Shown here in pieces: positions 29,215-38,098 of a stretch of DNA of 64,000 bases. Every line of letters begins with the position of its first letter. Position 1 is the first letter of the stretch. The DNA lies in the sequence record MT135025.1. One strand, 5' to 3'. Made by a program: the position numbers and the translations under genes. The notes under the pieces are model-generated. The model did no database searches. It was not told the DNA's origin and saw only the letters and a program-made list of their open reading frames with translations.

Positions 29215-29578
29215 AGACCGTCACCCCCGCTTTCTTTGCTTGTTTAGTCATGTCAGCTGTTCCCGTACCCCCAGGAAAAGCTAGTAATAAGTCAGGTTTA
29301 GTAAAGTGCAACATCCAACCGTTGCGAATGTTGCCCGCGTTGTTACCGTAAAAGTCCCAAGCTGCGTTCATTGAGATAACAGGGTGGCCGTTTGTAATCG
29401 CCCAATTCTTAGCGTGCCAATCTACACCAGTAGCGTCACCCTGCACAATAACAAAATTGTCATCGAAGAACGGTAAGCACTCCTCAAGCTTGCGCTCAAC
29501 ATACGCACGGTCATTAAAATTGCGACCACCAGTAACAAGAATAACTTTAGGTTTCATTATAGACGCCCTTCCAACCAA
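29204..29578 (-). CDS. YspA/SLOG-family protein (DUF2493-like)
   Basis: LVTGGRNF, VQGDATGVD, AG.IRN..ML, AFPGGTGTADM. Confidence 0.85.
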   Translation of the reverse strand: MVGRASIMKPKVILVTGGRNFNDRAYVERKLEECLPFFDDNFVIVQGDATGVDWHAKNWAITNGHPVISMNAAWDFYGNNAGNIRNGWMLHFTKPDLLLAFPGGTGTADMTKQAKKAGVTVYAC

Positions 29579-30531
29579 CGCAACCCAATAATAACACCGC
29601 GAATTTTATCACCAACCCACGGGCACGGATTAGGGTACTGATTTAGATCAATGCGCTGTGCAACCCCGTCCAACTTGCGAAGCATGTTGCACACAAATGT
29701 AGAGCGGTTGGTAATAAACTCACACTCAACAATAGCACCCTCTTCGTCACCGTCCAAGTGGGTCATCATCTTTCCTTCTTCCATAAGCACGCGACCGATC
29801 TTATCCGTAAACGGGGCAATGTGGTCAAGCGAGTCATAAAAGCTTTGCGGGATGTCAACCATACCTTCCATTGGAGCTGTAAGCACCTTAGTCATATCCG
29901 GCCACTTCTCGTCAATTAGCAAGGTGCGCAACCAACGGTCACCGCTATAGTGCAGCGTCAAGGATTGGTCGTCCATTTGGAAGCGTTCAGGTGCTTCTTT
30001 AAGACGAAGGATTTCCTTAACTGCGTCGCGTGGAATGACCACACTGCACGGGAACGGTGAACCGAGCCAATATTCCGCTGCAATGACGTTGTTAGTTGCG
30101 AACGCACTGCTACCACTAAATAACACCCCGTTAGACCAAGGGCGCGAAGCATCGTCTGCAATTAGCGGTTCTAGTGTTTTGAGCGCTTGTAACAACTGGT
30201 CGCCGTTAATGTCAACAAAAGCACCGCTCGGTTGTGGGTGTGGTGGTTCAATATCTACGCACTGGATATACGAACGGAACTTGCCGCTTTTAACTGAAAG
30301 TTTGCCAGCGGGCGTCATACCTAGTACAACAGTATCTTCACACTGTTGCAAAGCTTTCACCAAGGGTGTAGCCTTTGGGATACAATCAACATCAAAGTCG
30401 ATTGGTGCACTTAACGAGATACGACCGTTGTACCCCGTTGCGCGTTGGTTTTCAATCTTAAAGTGGGATAGGGCGGGTAGGAAATCTTTCTTACTTACCG
30501 AACCCATTACGAATTTCAGTTCTTTAAGCAT
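29557..30531 (-). CDS. DNA polymerase sliding clamp (beta-like)
   Basis: 324 aa; GKLSVKSGKFRS, FATNNVI three-domain pattern; adjacent to PolB. Confidence 0.75.
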   Translation of the reverse strand: MLKELKFVMGSVSKKDFLPALSHFKIENQRATGYNGRISLSAPIDFDVDCIPKATPLVKALQQCEDTVVLGMTPAGKLSVKSGKFRSYIQCVDIEPPHPQPSGAFVDINGDQLLQALKTLEPLIADDASRPWSNGVLFSGSSAFATNNVIAAEYWLGSPFPCSVVIPRDAVKEILRLKEAPERFQMDDQSLTLHYSGDRWLRTLLIDEKWPDMTKVLTAPMEGMVDIPQSFYDSLDHIAPFTDKIGRVLMEEGKMMTHLDGDEEGAIVECEFITNRSTFVCNMLRKLDGVAQRIDLNQYPNPCPWVGDKIRGVIIGLRWLEGRL

Positions 30532-30736
30532 TTACGTCCACCTTTACAAAGCGACCGTATGTTGAACGCTTTACTTTCTTTTCAAACATTAACTGACCTA
30601 GTGCAAACTCAACGGGTACGGTTGCCACTTTAAGTTGGTTACACAGCTTGCGAACAGTTAAACCCTCAGCATTTTCTTTATCAGCAAGTAGCTTTAGGAT
30701 GTTTTCTTGTAATTGTGTATATACGCTATCAAACAT
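30524..30736 (-). CDS. Small winged-helix protein
   Basis: GLTVRKLC..L...VEFAL..L...KKV. Confidence 0.55.
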   Translation of the reverse strand: MFDSVYTQLQENILKLLADKENAEGLTVRKLCNQLKVATVPVEFALGQLMFEKKVKRSTYGRFVKVDVNA

Positions 30737-31686
30737 TAAAATAGTCCTTGTATCATATCTGCTTTGGTGTTACGCTTGTGTTTGTTGACAATTTCGTTAA
30801 TTTTCATGTAAGCGAAAATGTTGTACACAGCACGCGATTCGTAAATGGTTGCTAAACGCTCAGCGTCAAAGCCTTGCGACTGTAACAGGTTGTAAAGGTG
30901 TTCGCGCTCAATTGGGGACATGTTTTCAATGTGCTGTCCCAACTGGTGGCGTGACGGTGACTTTTCAGATACCGAAAGGTTAATTGCACCTTTACGCTCA
31001 TCTGGAAGTACAATACCACCAAACGACGCTGACTGGATCCAGGAAGATGAGTCGCAGCTATACCAAGGGTAACGCTCCATCAACGGAACTGCGGTGATAC
31101 CAAATCCATGCACCTTAATGCGAGGGTTGCCGCTTGGGTCGGTTAGGTAGTTATCCCAAATGTGGTCAAGCCATTGCATCAACGCCTGTGTTGACGCGCC
31201 AACCATACCACCAAGTGTGATGTAATCGTAATTCTTTACGTACCACTCTAAATAGCGTTCATCCTCGTTTGCGTGGAAACAGGGTAACGGACGCACACCT
31301 AAACGTTCCATAGCCATTTGGTTTTCAAACGTTTCTTGCGGGTCACCGATACCATCGAGCACGGACGCCATTAGGTTCCCATCTTCTACGCGAATAATAT
31401 CACTGTTGCGTAATATATAGTCCACATAGTCTTCCACCTTTAATTTAACGCCGAGTGTGTACGCAGAGAACGCACCACTATCGAGGAAGATCTTTGCGTT
31501 GTTTTCACGCATGTTGTTAACATAGCTTTGCTTGCCAACGTAGTGCCAAGATTCAAGGATGTTGTGCTGTTTAGCGTCCAACATAATTTGGCATTCTTGC
31601 TCATTGAGCTTAGGCCAACGGTTTCCTCCCGGCATATAGCTGTTCGTGTAAACCGCAGCTAAATAGACTTGTAATGGTTGTGACAT
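30736..31686 (-). CDS. dpdA: DNA 7-deazaguanine transglycosylase (TGT fold); start chosen at MSQPLQ
   Basis: FLDSGAFS, LPCFH, ITLGGMV, KVHGFG, SCDSSSW; clustered with folE/queD/queC/queE. Confidence 0.85.
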   Translation of the reverse strand: MSQPLQVYLAAVYTNSYMPGGNRWPKLNEQECQIMLDAKQHNILESWHYVGKQSYVNNMRENNAKIFLDSGAFSAYTLGVKLKVEDYVDYILRNSDIIRVEDGNLMASVLDGIGDPQETFENQMAMERLGVRPLPCFHANEDERYLEWYVKNYDYITLGGMVGASTQALMQWLDHIWDNYLTDPSGNPRIKVHGFGITAVPLMERYPWYSCDSSSWIQSASFGGIVLPDERKGAINLSVSEKSPSRHQLGQHIENMSPIEREHLYNLLQSQGFDAERLATIYESRAVYNIFAYMKINEIVNKHKRNTKADMIQGLF

Positions 31687-31687
31687 A

Positions 31688-31990
31688 TTAGCTATCCATA
31701 AATAACCAGTAAGCGAATGATTGTTGGGGTTGTGGGTTACTTGTGACCACAATCTTGTCGCGTGGTGGTTTGGTTACACGTGCGTGCAACTTGTCCAGCG
31801 CGGCAACGTTTGGGTCTTTGGGGAAGTCGATGGCGTTCTGACGTTTCAGCTCGTCGTACCACGCAGGGTGAACATTAATAATGCAGCTATCTGGTGTGTC
31901 AATAATAGCGTCCATCGCCTGTGCGTGACTGGTAACACCGTCAGGGTGTACAACCACGTTGCGACCCATATATAAAGGATGTGTTTCCAT
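31688..31990 (-). CDS. Hypothetical protein
   Basis: Follows a promoter and GGAG RBS. Confidence 0.55.
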   Translation of the reverse strand: METHPLYMGRNVVVHPDGVTSHAQAMDAIIDTPDSCIINVHPAWYDELKRQNAIDFPKDPNVAALDKLHARVTKPPRDKIVVTSNPQPQQSFAYWLFMDS

Positions 31991-32023
31991 ATTTTACTCC
32001 GGTAATAAAAAAGGCGTGCAAGT

Positions 32024-32057
32024 ATAATAACCCACACGCCCCGCCTATGCTAGACTA
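32024..32057 (-). promoter_or_regulatory. TAGTCTAG-N20-TATTAT promoter/terminator module
   Basis: -10 box inside the GGCGTG/CACGCC hairpin, followed by TTTTT. Confidence 0.7.
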
Positions 32058-32303
32058 ACCGTAAAACTTCTTGTGAAGATACGCAAAGGTTACTGAACCA
32101 AGCGCACCCCCTAGAGCAATTGGAAAGAACGCTTGCCACCCCTCAGTGACAATCCCCGTTACACCAATTACCATGGATAAGTCTATGCCTATGCTCGTCA
32201 GAAACATCGCTTTGTAGTTGAGGGAAACGATATTCCTTGTTTGCACCACACGCAACCCCACTGACAGGAATGTGGCGCAAAAGAGAACTAAATACGAAAC
32301 CAT
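32055..32303 (-). CDS. Small multi-TM membrane protein
   Basis: Three hydrophobic segments; GGALGS; coupled to the folE stop codon. Confidence 0.65.
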   Translation of the reverse strand: MVSYLVLFCATFLSVGLRVVQTRNIVSLNYKAMFLTSIGIDLSMVIGVTGIVTEGWQAFFPIALGGALGSVTFAYLHKKFYG

Positions 32304-32926
32304 TAGAGCGCCTTGTTAATATTTCCCAAAGCCATGAACTCGGCACGTGTTTCAGGTTCAGTTTTGATCGCACCACGTAGTGCGGTTGTGACAGTATGGT
32401 GCCCCTGCTGACAAACTCCGCGCGACTCCATGCACATATGTCGGGCACGAATCTTAACTCCCACACCAATCGGGTCAAGATGCTCAACGAGGGCGTCCGC
32501 AATTTGCGTCGTAAGGCGTTCTTGAACTTGTAAGCGGCGAGCATACATATCAACCAAGCGAGACAGTTTACTAAGACCCACAATTTTCCCGTTAGGAATA
32601 TATGCCACTGTTGCGACACCAATGATATCAGCCATATGATGCTCACATTTACTGTAAAAAGGGATATCCACAACAGCGACCATAGAATCAGCACCTTCGG
32701 CGCCATCTTCAAAAGTCTTAAGGATAGATCCAGCATCCATACCATAACCGCCAAACCACTTAGCAAAAGCTTTAGCAACGCGCTTTGGAGTTTCTTGGAT
32801 ACCTTCACGGAGTTCGCAGTTTGCATGATCAATGTCACCTACCGTTTCAGGGTTTTCAATTAGGCGTAGCTGAGCTTCGACAAGTTTTTCCATTTCGCCC
32901 ATTACGCGACCGTTATCTTTATTCAT
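32303..32926 (-). CDS. folE: GTP cyclohydrolase I
   Basis: [39 protein letters not shown]. Confidence 0.97.
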   Translation of the reverse strand: MNKDNGRVMGEMEKLVEAQLRLIENPETVGDIDHANCELREGIQETPKRVAKAFAKWFGGYGMDAGSILKTFEDGAEGADSMVAVVDIPFYSKCEHHMADIIGVATVAYIPNGKIVGLSKLSRLVDMYARRLQVQERLTTQIADALVEHLDPIGVGVKIRARHMCMESRGVCQQGHHTVTTALRGAIKTEPETRAEFMALGNINKAL

Positions 32927-32927
32927 T

Positions 32928-33053
32928 TTAAATACCTATACCAAGTGTTTCAAATACCCAAACCGCTGACGGTTCGCCAAGTTTTGCAAGAATTGCGGCC
33001 ACCATGACCGCATAAAGTAAACCAATTAATCCAAAGAACACTCTACCGAACAT
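32928..33053 (-). CDS. 41-aa hydrophobic peptide not in the ORF track
   Basis: [41 protein letters not shown]; fills the queD-folE gap, TAAATG coupling to folE. Confidence 0.55.
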   Translation of the reverse strand: MFGRVFFGLIGLLYAVMVAAILAKLGEPSAVWVFETLGIGI

Positions 33054-33490
33054 TTGCGAGTCTCCTCAAGTACAACCTTTGTTAGCTGCACACCAGTGCC
33101 GAACAGCAACTTAGGGCCAATGTGGTCAAGGAAGTGCGCTGCAATGTTTTCCGCTGTTGGGTTGAAATCAACAAACACAAATGAGTTTTGCATGTCAACA
33201 ATGTCCTGGTCTTGGAGAATAATACCATGCGCTTCTTCCGCAATTGGGCGCATAATCGGATCGTCCAACCAAGCCATAAACTTGTGATCCCAATGGTCCT
33301 CAATCCACTCACAAAGCAGTTGCTTAATTACTGAAAAGTCAATTACGCGACCAACTTCATCCAAGTGTGCAGCTTCACAGTGGAAGTGAATGCGGTAATT
33401 GTGACCGTGCAAGTGGCGACATTTACCTTCGTGGCCTACAACACGGTGACCCATGCAAAAATCGTGGTAGCGAATAGCTGTTTGTTTCAT
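33026..33490 (-). CDS. queD: 6-carboxy-5,6,7,8-tetrahydropterin synthase
   Basis: FCMGHR, CRHLHGHNY, IDF..IK, WDH, PTAENIA, LEET. Confidence 0.95.
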   Translation of the reverse strand: MKQTAIRYHDFCMGHRVVGHEGKCRHLHGHNYRIHFHCEAAHLDEVGRVIDFSVIKQLLCEWIEDHWDHKFMAWLDDPIMRPIAEEAHGIILQDQDIVDMQNSFVFVDFNPTAENIAAHFLDHIGPKLLFGTGVQLTKVVLEETRKCSVECSLD

Positions 33491-33669
33491 TAGTGGTTTT
33501 CCCATTTCAGATAACCCCCGTTAATAGGGGAACTTTTATACACGTAACGCCCGTGCATACCATTAGCGTTGAATGTTAATGTACCGCTATTTGGGCATTC
33601 AAGCAAGATGCGTTGTTGGTGGTATGGCCCACCAACACACACGAGCCCGTTATTCGCAATCAGACTCAT
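33490..33669 (-). CDS. 59-aa hypothetical protein not in the ORF track
   Basis: MSLIANNGLVCVGGPYHQQ...YLKWENH; TAATG coupling to queD. Confidence 0.5.
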   Translation of the reverse strand: MSLIANNGLVCVGGPYHQQRILLECPNSGTLTFNANGMHGRYVYKSSPINGGYLKWENH

Positions 33670-35038
33670 AAGTAATTACCTCTTCCAAACCGTTAATTTC
33701 GAAAGCTGTTTTACGCATGAAGCACGGACCACACTGACCACAGTGTTGCTCACCGTGTTTGTAGCAGCTCCACGTTAGATGAAGGGGTGCACCCACTTCG
33801 TGCCCTAATGCCACAATTTCATGTTTCATTAGGTTGCCAACTGGTTGAATCACTTCCAGTTTAAATCCGTCGCGTACTGCGAACGGTAACAGCGCATTAA
33901 AGCGGTTGATAAACTCAGGTTCGTTATCAGGGTACGCACCTGCTTCTTCGAGGTTGTTACCTAGAGCGATGGTATCAAACCCGTTAGCTTCTGCAAATGC
34001 AGTTGCATACGATAACATCACAAGGTTGCGAGCAGGAACCCATTCGTGCGCAAACTCCGCACCCGTTTCACCACCGGCAATCTTCTCGTCTTTACGAAGC
34101 AAAGGGGAGTCTTTCGGGTCGTACACGTGCATTGGAATTACATGCAACGGAACATCCATGTACTCCGCAACTGCGTGAACCGCTTCCACTTCGTGCTGCT
34201 CAGCGCGGCAACCATACACAAAGTGCACAAGCTCTACCGAGTAACCGTTTGCCTTCGCTGCACACGCTGCGGTAACACTGTCCAGGCCACCACTGCATAC
34301 CACAAGTGCACGCTTACCTGTGCCGCCGTACAGCGACTCTGTGTGCATGATGCCAAAGTGGTTAAAACATGCAACCGTGTAAGGTGCAAGCATTTGCGGA
34401 ACTGCGTTTTCGTAAGTATCTTCCAAGTACGCTGCTGAGCTTGCGAAAAACACCCCGCTTTCCGTTACTGTGTACCACACTGGACGGTAGTTTGCCGCTA
34501 CATACATCGCTGTCTCGGCACGGTTGTTAATAGCTAAGATTGCATAGCTACCCTTCAGCGACTGAATACCACGCTTAAACTCTTCAAACACTTGACGCCA
34601 GTTTGCATTGCGAGGCATCATTTTCATGCACTCAGGGATTGCAGCACTGTCAATCTGCGTTTCAAGTTGGTTGGTACGCAATTCCACGTCATTTGCAATT
34701 GTACCGTTATGAGCTACAACCCAACCATTCGCACAGTACGGTTGTTGATCAAACTTCTCTTTAATCTCAACGAACTCAGTTGTTGGTTCTGCACGGAAGT
34801 TACCAACTACACGCGAGTGACCCAATGCAATATCTGGAACGCGAAGGGACTCAACGTCGAACGGGCCAACTTCATGCACAATGTCGTTCAGCATTGACTT
34901 TTCGTGGGTGTGTACGAAACCATAACCGTCGCGACCGCGCTCGGTACTACGCTCCATAATTGTGGTCATAGCTGCTTGACATTGGATTGTTTCGTAGTTG
35001 GTTTTAGGGTTAAGAATTGCACCAAAAATAGAACACAT
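33650..35038 (-). CDS. queC: Gat-QueC fusion (class II glutamine amidotransferase + preQ0 synthase)
   Basis: N-terminal MCSIFG...RGRDG...HNGTI..DS; C-terminal SGGLDS, VPARN, YPD, TWSCY, CGQCGPC..R. Confidence 0.95.
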   Translation of the reverse strand: MCSIFGAILNPKTNYETIQCQAAMTTIMERSTERGRDGYGFVHTHEKSMLNDIVHEVGPFDVESLRVPDIALGHSRVVGNFRAEPTTEFVEIKEKFDQQPYCANGWVVAHNGTIANDVELRTNQLETQIDSAAIPECMKMMPRNANWRQVFEEFKRGIQSLKGSYAILAINNRAETAMYVAANYRPVWYTVTESGVFFASSAAYLEDTYENAVPQMLAPYTVACFNHFGIMHTESLYGGTGKRALVVCSGGLDSVTAACAAKANGYSVELVHFVYGCRAEQHEVEAVHAVAEYMDVPLHVIPMHVYDPKDSPLLRKDEKIAGGETGAEFAHEWVPARNLVMLSYATAFAEANGFDTIALGNNLEEAGAYPDNEPEFINRFNALLPFAVRDGFKLEVIQPVGNLMKHEIVALGHEVGAPLHLTWSCYKHGEQHCGQCGPCFMRKTAFEINGLEEVITYESDCE

Positions 35039-35044
35039 GATTGT

Positions 35045-35749
35045 TTACTCCACGTTAATTAACTTGTGTACTTGTAAGCATAGGGTGTAACCGTGTTGCA
35101 TACAAGACGTCTTAACAGCTTCTAAGTTCTTAGCGTTAACAACTTCATCCTTACAGTCCATTGGTTGTAGGAAGATCTTAACGTTATCGAATTCAGGGTA
35201 GCCCATCTTAGCTTTAAGGTCAAGTACACGTGAAGGTAAACCGTTGGAAGGGTTAACATGACAGTAATGAAGGACGTACTTGTAAGCTGACACATACGCT
35301 GCAATATCGCGGTTGATGCGACCCTTCGGGGAGCACATGATAAATAGGGATTTACCAAGGAACATTGAACACAGGTGACGCATGTTAGGTGTGAGCCCTA
35401 GCGTACCATTAGTTTCGATTTGCACTTTGTAACCCTTACTAATGAGTAAACTCACTAAAGCGTACAACTCTTGTCGTAAAGGCTCACCACCACTAATGAC
35501 CACAAGTTTGTTAGGTGAGGTATGCATTCCCTCCACCTTGGCTGTGATTAGCTCCGCGGACATTAACTTAGCTCCGTCGGTGTACTCGGTATCGCATCCA
35601 GGACAACGCAAGTTGCACCCGCTTAAACGAACGAACGTTGCAGGTTCACCGGAGAAAATACCTTCACCTTGGATGGTGTGAAAAATGGTGTGCACCAGAA
35701 CAGCTCCGTCTTTACGGAAGTCCGGTTTAGATATAGGTTGGTTATTCAT
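35045..35749 (-). CDS. queE: 7-carboxy-7-deazaguanine synthase (radical SAM)
   Basis: IFHTIQGEG, GCNLRCPGCDT, ISGGEP, IETNGT, QVHK. Confidence 0.97.
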   Translation of the reverse strand: MNNQPISKPDFRKDGAVLVHTIFHTIQGEGIFSGEPATFVRLSGCNLRCPGCDTEYTDGAKLMSAELITAKVEGMHTSPNKLVVISGGEPLRQELYALVSLLISKGYKVQIETNGTLGLTPNMRHLCSMFLGKSLFIMCSPKGRINRDIAAYVSAYKYVLHYCHVNPSNGLPSRVLDLKAKMGYPEFDNVKIFLQPMDCKDEVVNAKNLEAVKTSCMQHGYTLCLQVHKLINVE

Positions 35750-35792
35750 TTGAATCCTTGTTTTGAACTGGTAAGGTTACAGTTAGAGGGAT

Positions 35793-35869
35793 TGGTCGGT
35801 GTTACAGGATTCGAACCTGTGACCCCTTGCTCCCAAAGCAAGCGCTCTACCAAACTGAGCTAAACACCG
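35793..35869 (-). tRNA. tRNA-Pro(UGG)
   Basis: Cloverleaf CGGTGTT...AACACCG-A-CCA; anticodon stem CTTGC/GCAAG with loop TTTGGGA; GTTCGAATC T-loop. Confidence 0.95.
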
Positions 35870-35877
35870 TATTGGAC

Positions 35878-35991
35878 GCAAAACCTAATTTTGATAGCTA
35901 CCAGTATACCCGCGATCTACACCCCACAAGGGGGATTGTACTGGATGATTTAAGGACTCGGATAAGTACCACTATCAAAACCAAGTTTTGC
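35878..35991 (-). ncRNA. Candidate structured RNA of unknown class upstream of tRNA-Pro
   Basis: 20-bp closing stem GCAAAACTTGGTTTTGATAG/CTATCAAAATTAGGTTTTGC with three G.U pairs valid only on the minus strand; inner hairpins. Confidence 0.55.
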
Positions 35992-36066
35992 TGACGATTA
36001 AAGCGAGGGATCACACCTCGCAACATCGGTTAATCTTAAAGTGCGCCGACTAGCACTACCGGAGAA

Positions 36067-36750
36067 TTATTCTGCGTCTTTAGCTGCGTTAGCTGCTTTA
36101 GCTGCTTTTTCAGCGGCTGCTGCTTCAGCTTTAGCTTTCTTTTCAGCTTCTTTAGCTGCTTTTGCTTCAGCTGCTTTAGCTTCTTTTTCCGCTTTAGCTG
36201 CTGCACGCTCTTCAGCTTTACGCTTTTTCTCAGCTTCTTTTTCAGCTTTAGCAGCTTCACGTTCAGCTTTCTTAGCAGCGCGTTCTTCTTCGCGTGCTTT
36301 CTTAGCCGCTTCTTTTTCAGCTTTCTTAGCTTCTTTAGCAGCTTCTTTCTCTGCTTTTTCAGCCATTTGCTTTTCAGACATGATGCGACCAGTTACACCG
36401 TGGAATTTACGCCATGCAGCGTACTCACAACGGACGTTACCTGCGTTAAGACCTTCAGCGTCAGTAACCACAAGTAGATCTGCAACCGCTACCGGAGCCT
36501 GTTTCTTAGCTGACATTTCGTCCGCGATAGCCCATACGCGACCACATAGTGTGTCAGGGCGTGGACGTGTTACACCGTTTTGAGAAGGCATTTTAGGCTT
36601 TTCAACTTTTTCTTTCTTAGCAGTTGCTTCACCTTCAGTAGCTGCGCCTGCTGCTTCAGTGTTTGCTTCAGTGTTTGCTTCAGGTTCTGCTTCAGTACCG
36701 AAACCAGTTGATGCGAAAAGTGGAAGTGCCAAAAGTGCTAGTTTGTTCAT
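36067..36750 (-). CDS. Putative nucleoid/histone-like protein: leader, small helical domain and Lys/Ala/Glu-rich tail
   Basis: TRPRPDTLCGRVWAIAD...EYAAWRK domain; ~85 aa of KAE repeats. Confidence 0.65.
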   Translation of the reverse strand: MNKLALLALPLFASTGFGTEAEPEANTEANTEAAGAATEGEATAKKEKVEKPKMPSQNGVTRPRPDTLCGRVWAIADEMSAKKQAPVAVADLLVVTDAEGLNAGNVRCEYAAWRKFHGVTGRIMSEKQMAEKAEKEAAKEAKKAEKEAAKKAREEERAAKKAEREAAKAEKEAEKKRKAEERAAAKAEKEAKAAEAKAAKEAEKKAKAEAAAAEKAAKAANAAKDAE

Positions 36751-36797
36751 TGTTCTGTCTCCGATAGTGGACTAAATTTAAAAAGTTACGTTTTACC

Positions 36798-36849
36798 GCT
36801 TTAGGGTTCCCATTATACGGAAAACTCCCTACAGTGCAACCCCTAAAGC
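36798..36849 (-). promoter_or_regulatory. Sigma70-like promoter enclosed by an inverted repeat
   Basis: TTGCAC-16-TATAAT (36839 to 36812) flanked by GCTTTAGGG(G)TT repeats. Confidence 0.6.
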
Positions 36850-36868
36850 AAATAATTTTAACGTGTTA

Positions 36869-37453
36869 TCAAGATGCCAAGCGTGACTTTTGCCAAGCAC
36901 CCAAGGTTGATGAAGCAGTAGTCTTTTTGATACCCAAAGCCTCCCAATCGTTCATCCATTGCTTACGCAGTTTGAGGACAACCGATAAATCCGTTGGTGA
37001 GCCCGCGGCTTTCCAAGCTTCGTCAGCAAGCTCAAAAATACGCTCTTTTGCACCGCTTTGACGCTCGCCTGTGCCACTTGTGCGGGGGTTACTAGCTGCG
37101 CGGGGCTCTGCTGCGGGTAGTTTGCTTGGCTTAGTTGGTACGCGGCCCAGCGCCCCATACAGCGCCCCGACACTACGCTCGTCTTTGACGTCACGCGCTA
37201 GGTTTAGCAGCAAACCAACCAAGAATTCGCGGTCGTTGCGGTCGCGTTGGTTGCGAATTGGAGACCCTGTAGTGTGGTCATAAATGGTTGCCAGTTCCGC
37301 ATTGCTAAAGACTTCCAACCCCGCAAAACCCATGTCATCAATGTGCGGGTTACTTTTTGCGTCAACCAGTAGGTCAGCAAGGTACTCCGCTTGCTCCATT
37401 GTGTCGGTGGTTGCAACTAGCTTCATGCTAGTTGTATCAAGAATGTAAAGCAT
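36869..37453 (-). CDS. Hypothetical protein with a C-terminal helical domain similar to that in 36067-36750
   Basis: GAKERIFELAD...GIKKTTASSTLGAWQK. Confidence 0.55.
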   Translation of the reverse strand: MLYILDTTSMKLVATTDTMEQAEYLADLLVDAKSNPHIDDMGFAGLEVFSNAELATIYDHTTGSPIRNQRDRNDREFLVGLLLNLARDVKDERSVGALYGALGRVPTKPSKLPAAEPRAASNPRTSGTGERQSGAKERIFELADEAWKAAGSPTDLSVVLKLRKQWMNDWEALGIKKTTASSTLGAWQKSRLAS

Positions 37454-38031
37454 TATTTAAGCTCCAAACCAAAGTTAGCTTTGATTCCGTCTAACAGCAT
37501 TTGGTGCTGTACGCGGAACTCTTTAATGGAATAGCGTGGAGTGTAACACTCACCCGCTTCCGTTTCCAAGACAAGTTGCCCGCGAACGACTCTCATTGCT
37601 TTAATTGGGGATAAGCGCGTGTTATGACCGTATTTGTCAGTATCACCAACAATGTCACATCCAACAAACTTAGGGTCATGGATATATTCAATTGTTTTTG
37701 GTGGTACACATTCACCCGCAGCTTCGCGATACATGATCATTGCGGTGAAGTTGATGACACTTGCGTGGTCGTTATCCGCTAGTGCTTTTGCACGCATGTT
37801 CATTAAGTCGTCAATTGTGCAGATGTTATCACTCCACCAACCTGTGCGACCCTTTTCAAGGGCTGCTGCTTTAAGGGTTTCCTTCATTACCTTTTCGGTA
37901 AACCCTGCAAGATAACCACTTGCTAAACCTTCCAATCCTGGAGCAAGAACCCCCTTATTGGATTCAGTTGCTTTTAGAACTTGCATTGTTGAATGCGCTG
38001 CGACAAGTGCGTTGGAACTTAGTTTTGGCAT
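37453..38031 (-). CDS. Hypothetical protein
   Basis: Follows a promoter; GRTGWW..CTIDDL..M..A..D...V.NF.AM helical motif. Confidence 0.55.
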   Translation of the reverse strand: MPKLSSNALVAAHSTMQVLKATESNKGVLAPGLEGLASGYLAGFTEKVMKETLKAAALEKGRTGWWSDNICTIDDLMNMRAKALADNDHASVINFTAMIMYREAAGECVPPKTIEYIHDPKFVGCDIVGDTDKYGHNTRLSPIKAMRVVRGQLVLETEAGECYTPRYSIKEFRVQHQMLLDGIKANFGLELK

Positions 38032-38062
38032 TTTGTTAACCCCTTATTAAGTAAGTGGGGTA

Positions 38063-38096
38063 ACTATAACAAGCTACCCCACACAGTTCTAGACAA
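38063..38096 (-). promoter_or_regulatory. TTGTCTAG-N20-TATAGT promoter module
   Basis: -10 box in the loop of GTGGGGTA/TACCCCAC. Confidence 0.7.
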
Positions 38097-38098
38097 TG

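Noticed and set aside
30736-35749. que genes as auxiliary metabolic genes for tRNA queuosine
   Set aside because: No queF/queA/queG; DpdA and Gat-QueC next to the DNA polymerase point to DNA modification
35898-35971. Hammerhead ribozyme or Y RNA/YrlA assignment for the structured region
   Set aside because: No CUGAUGA/GAAA core and no T-loop-like GTTC motif found on either strand
36041-36583. 180-aa Ala/Ser/Leu-rich + strand ORF
   Set aside because: Antisense shadow of the KAE-repeat gene; low-complexity repeats lack stops on the other strand
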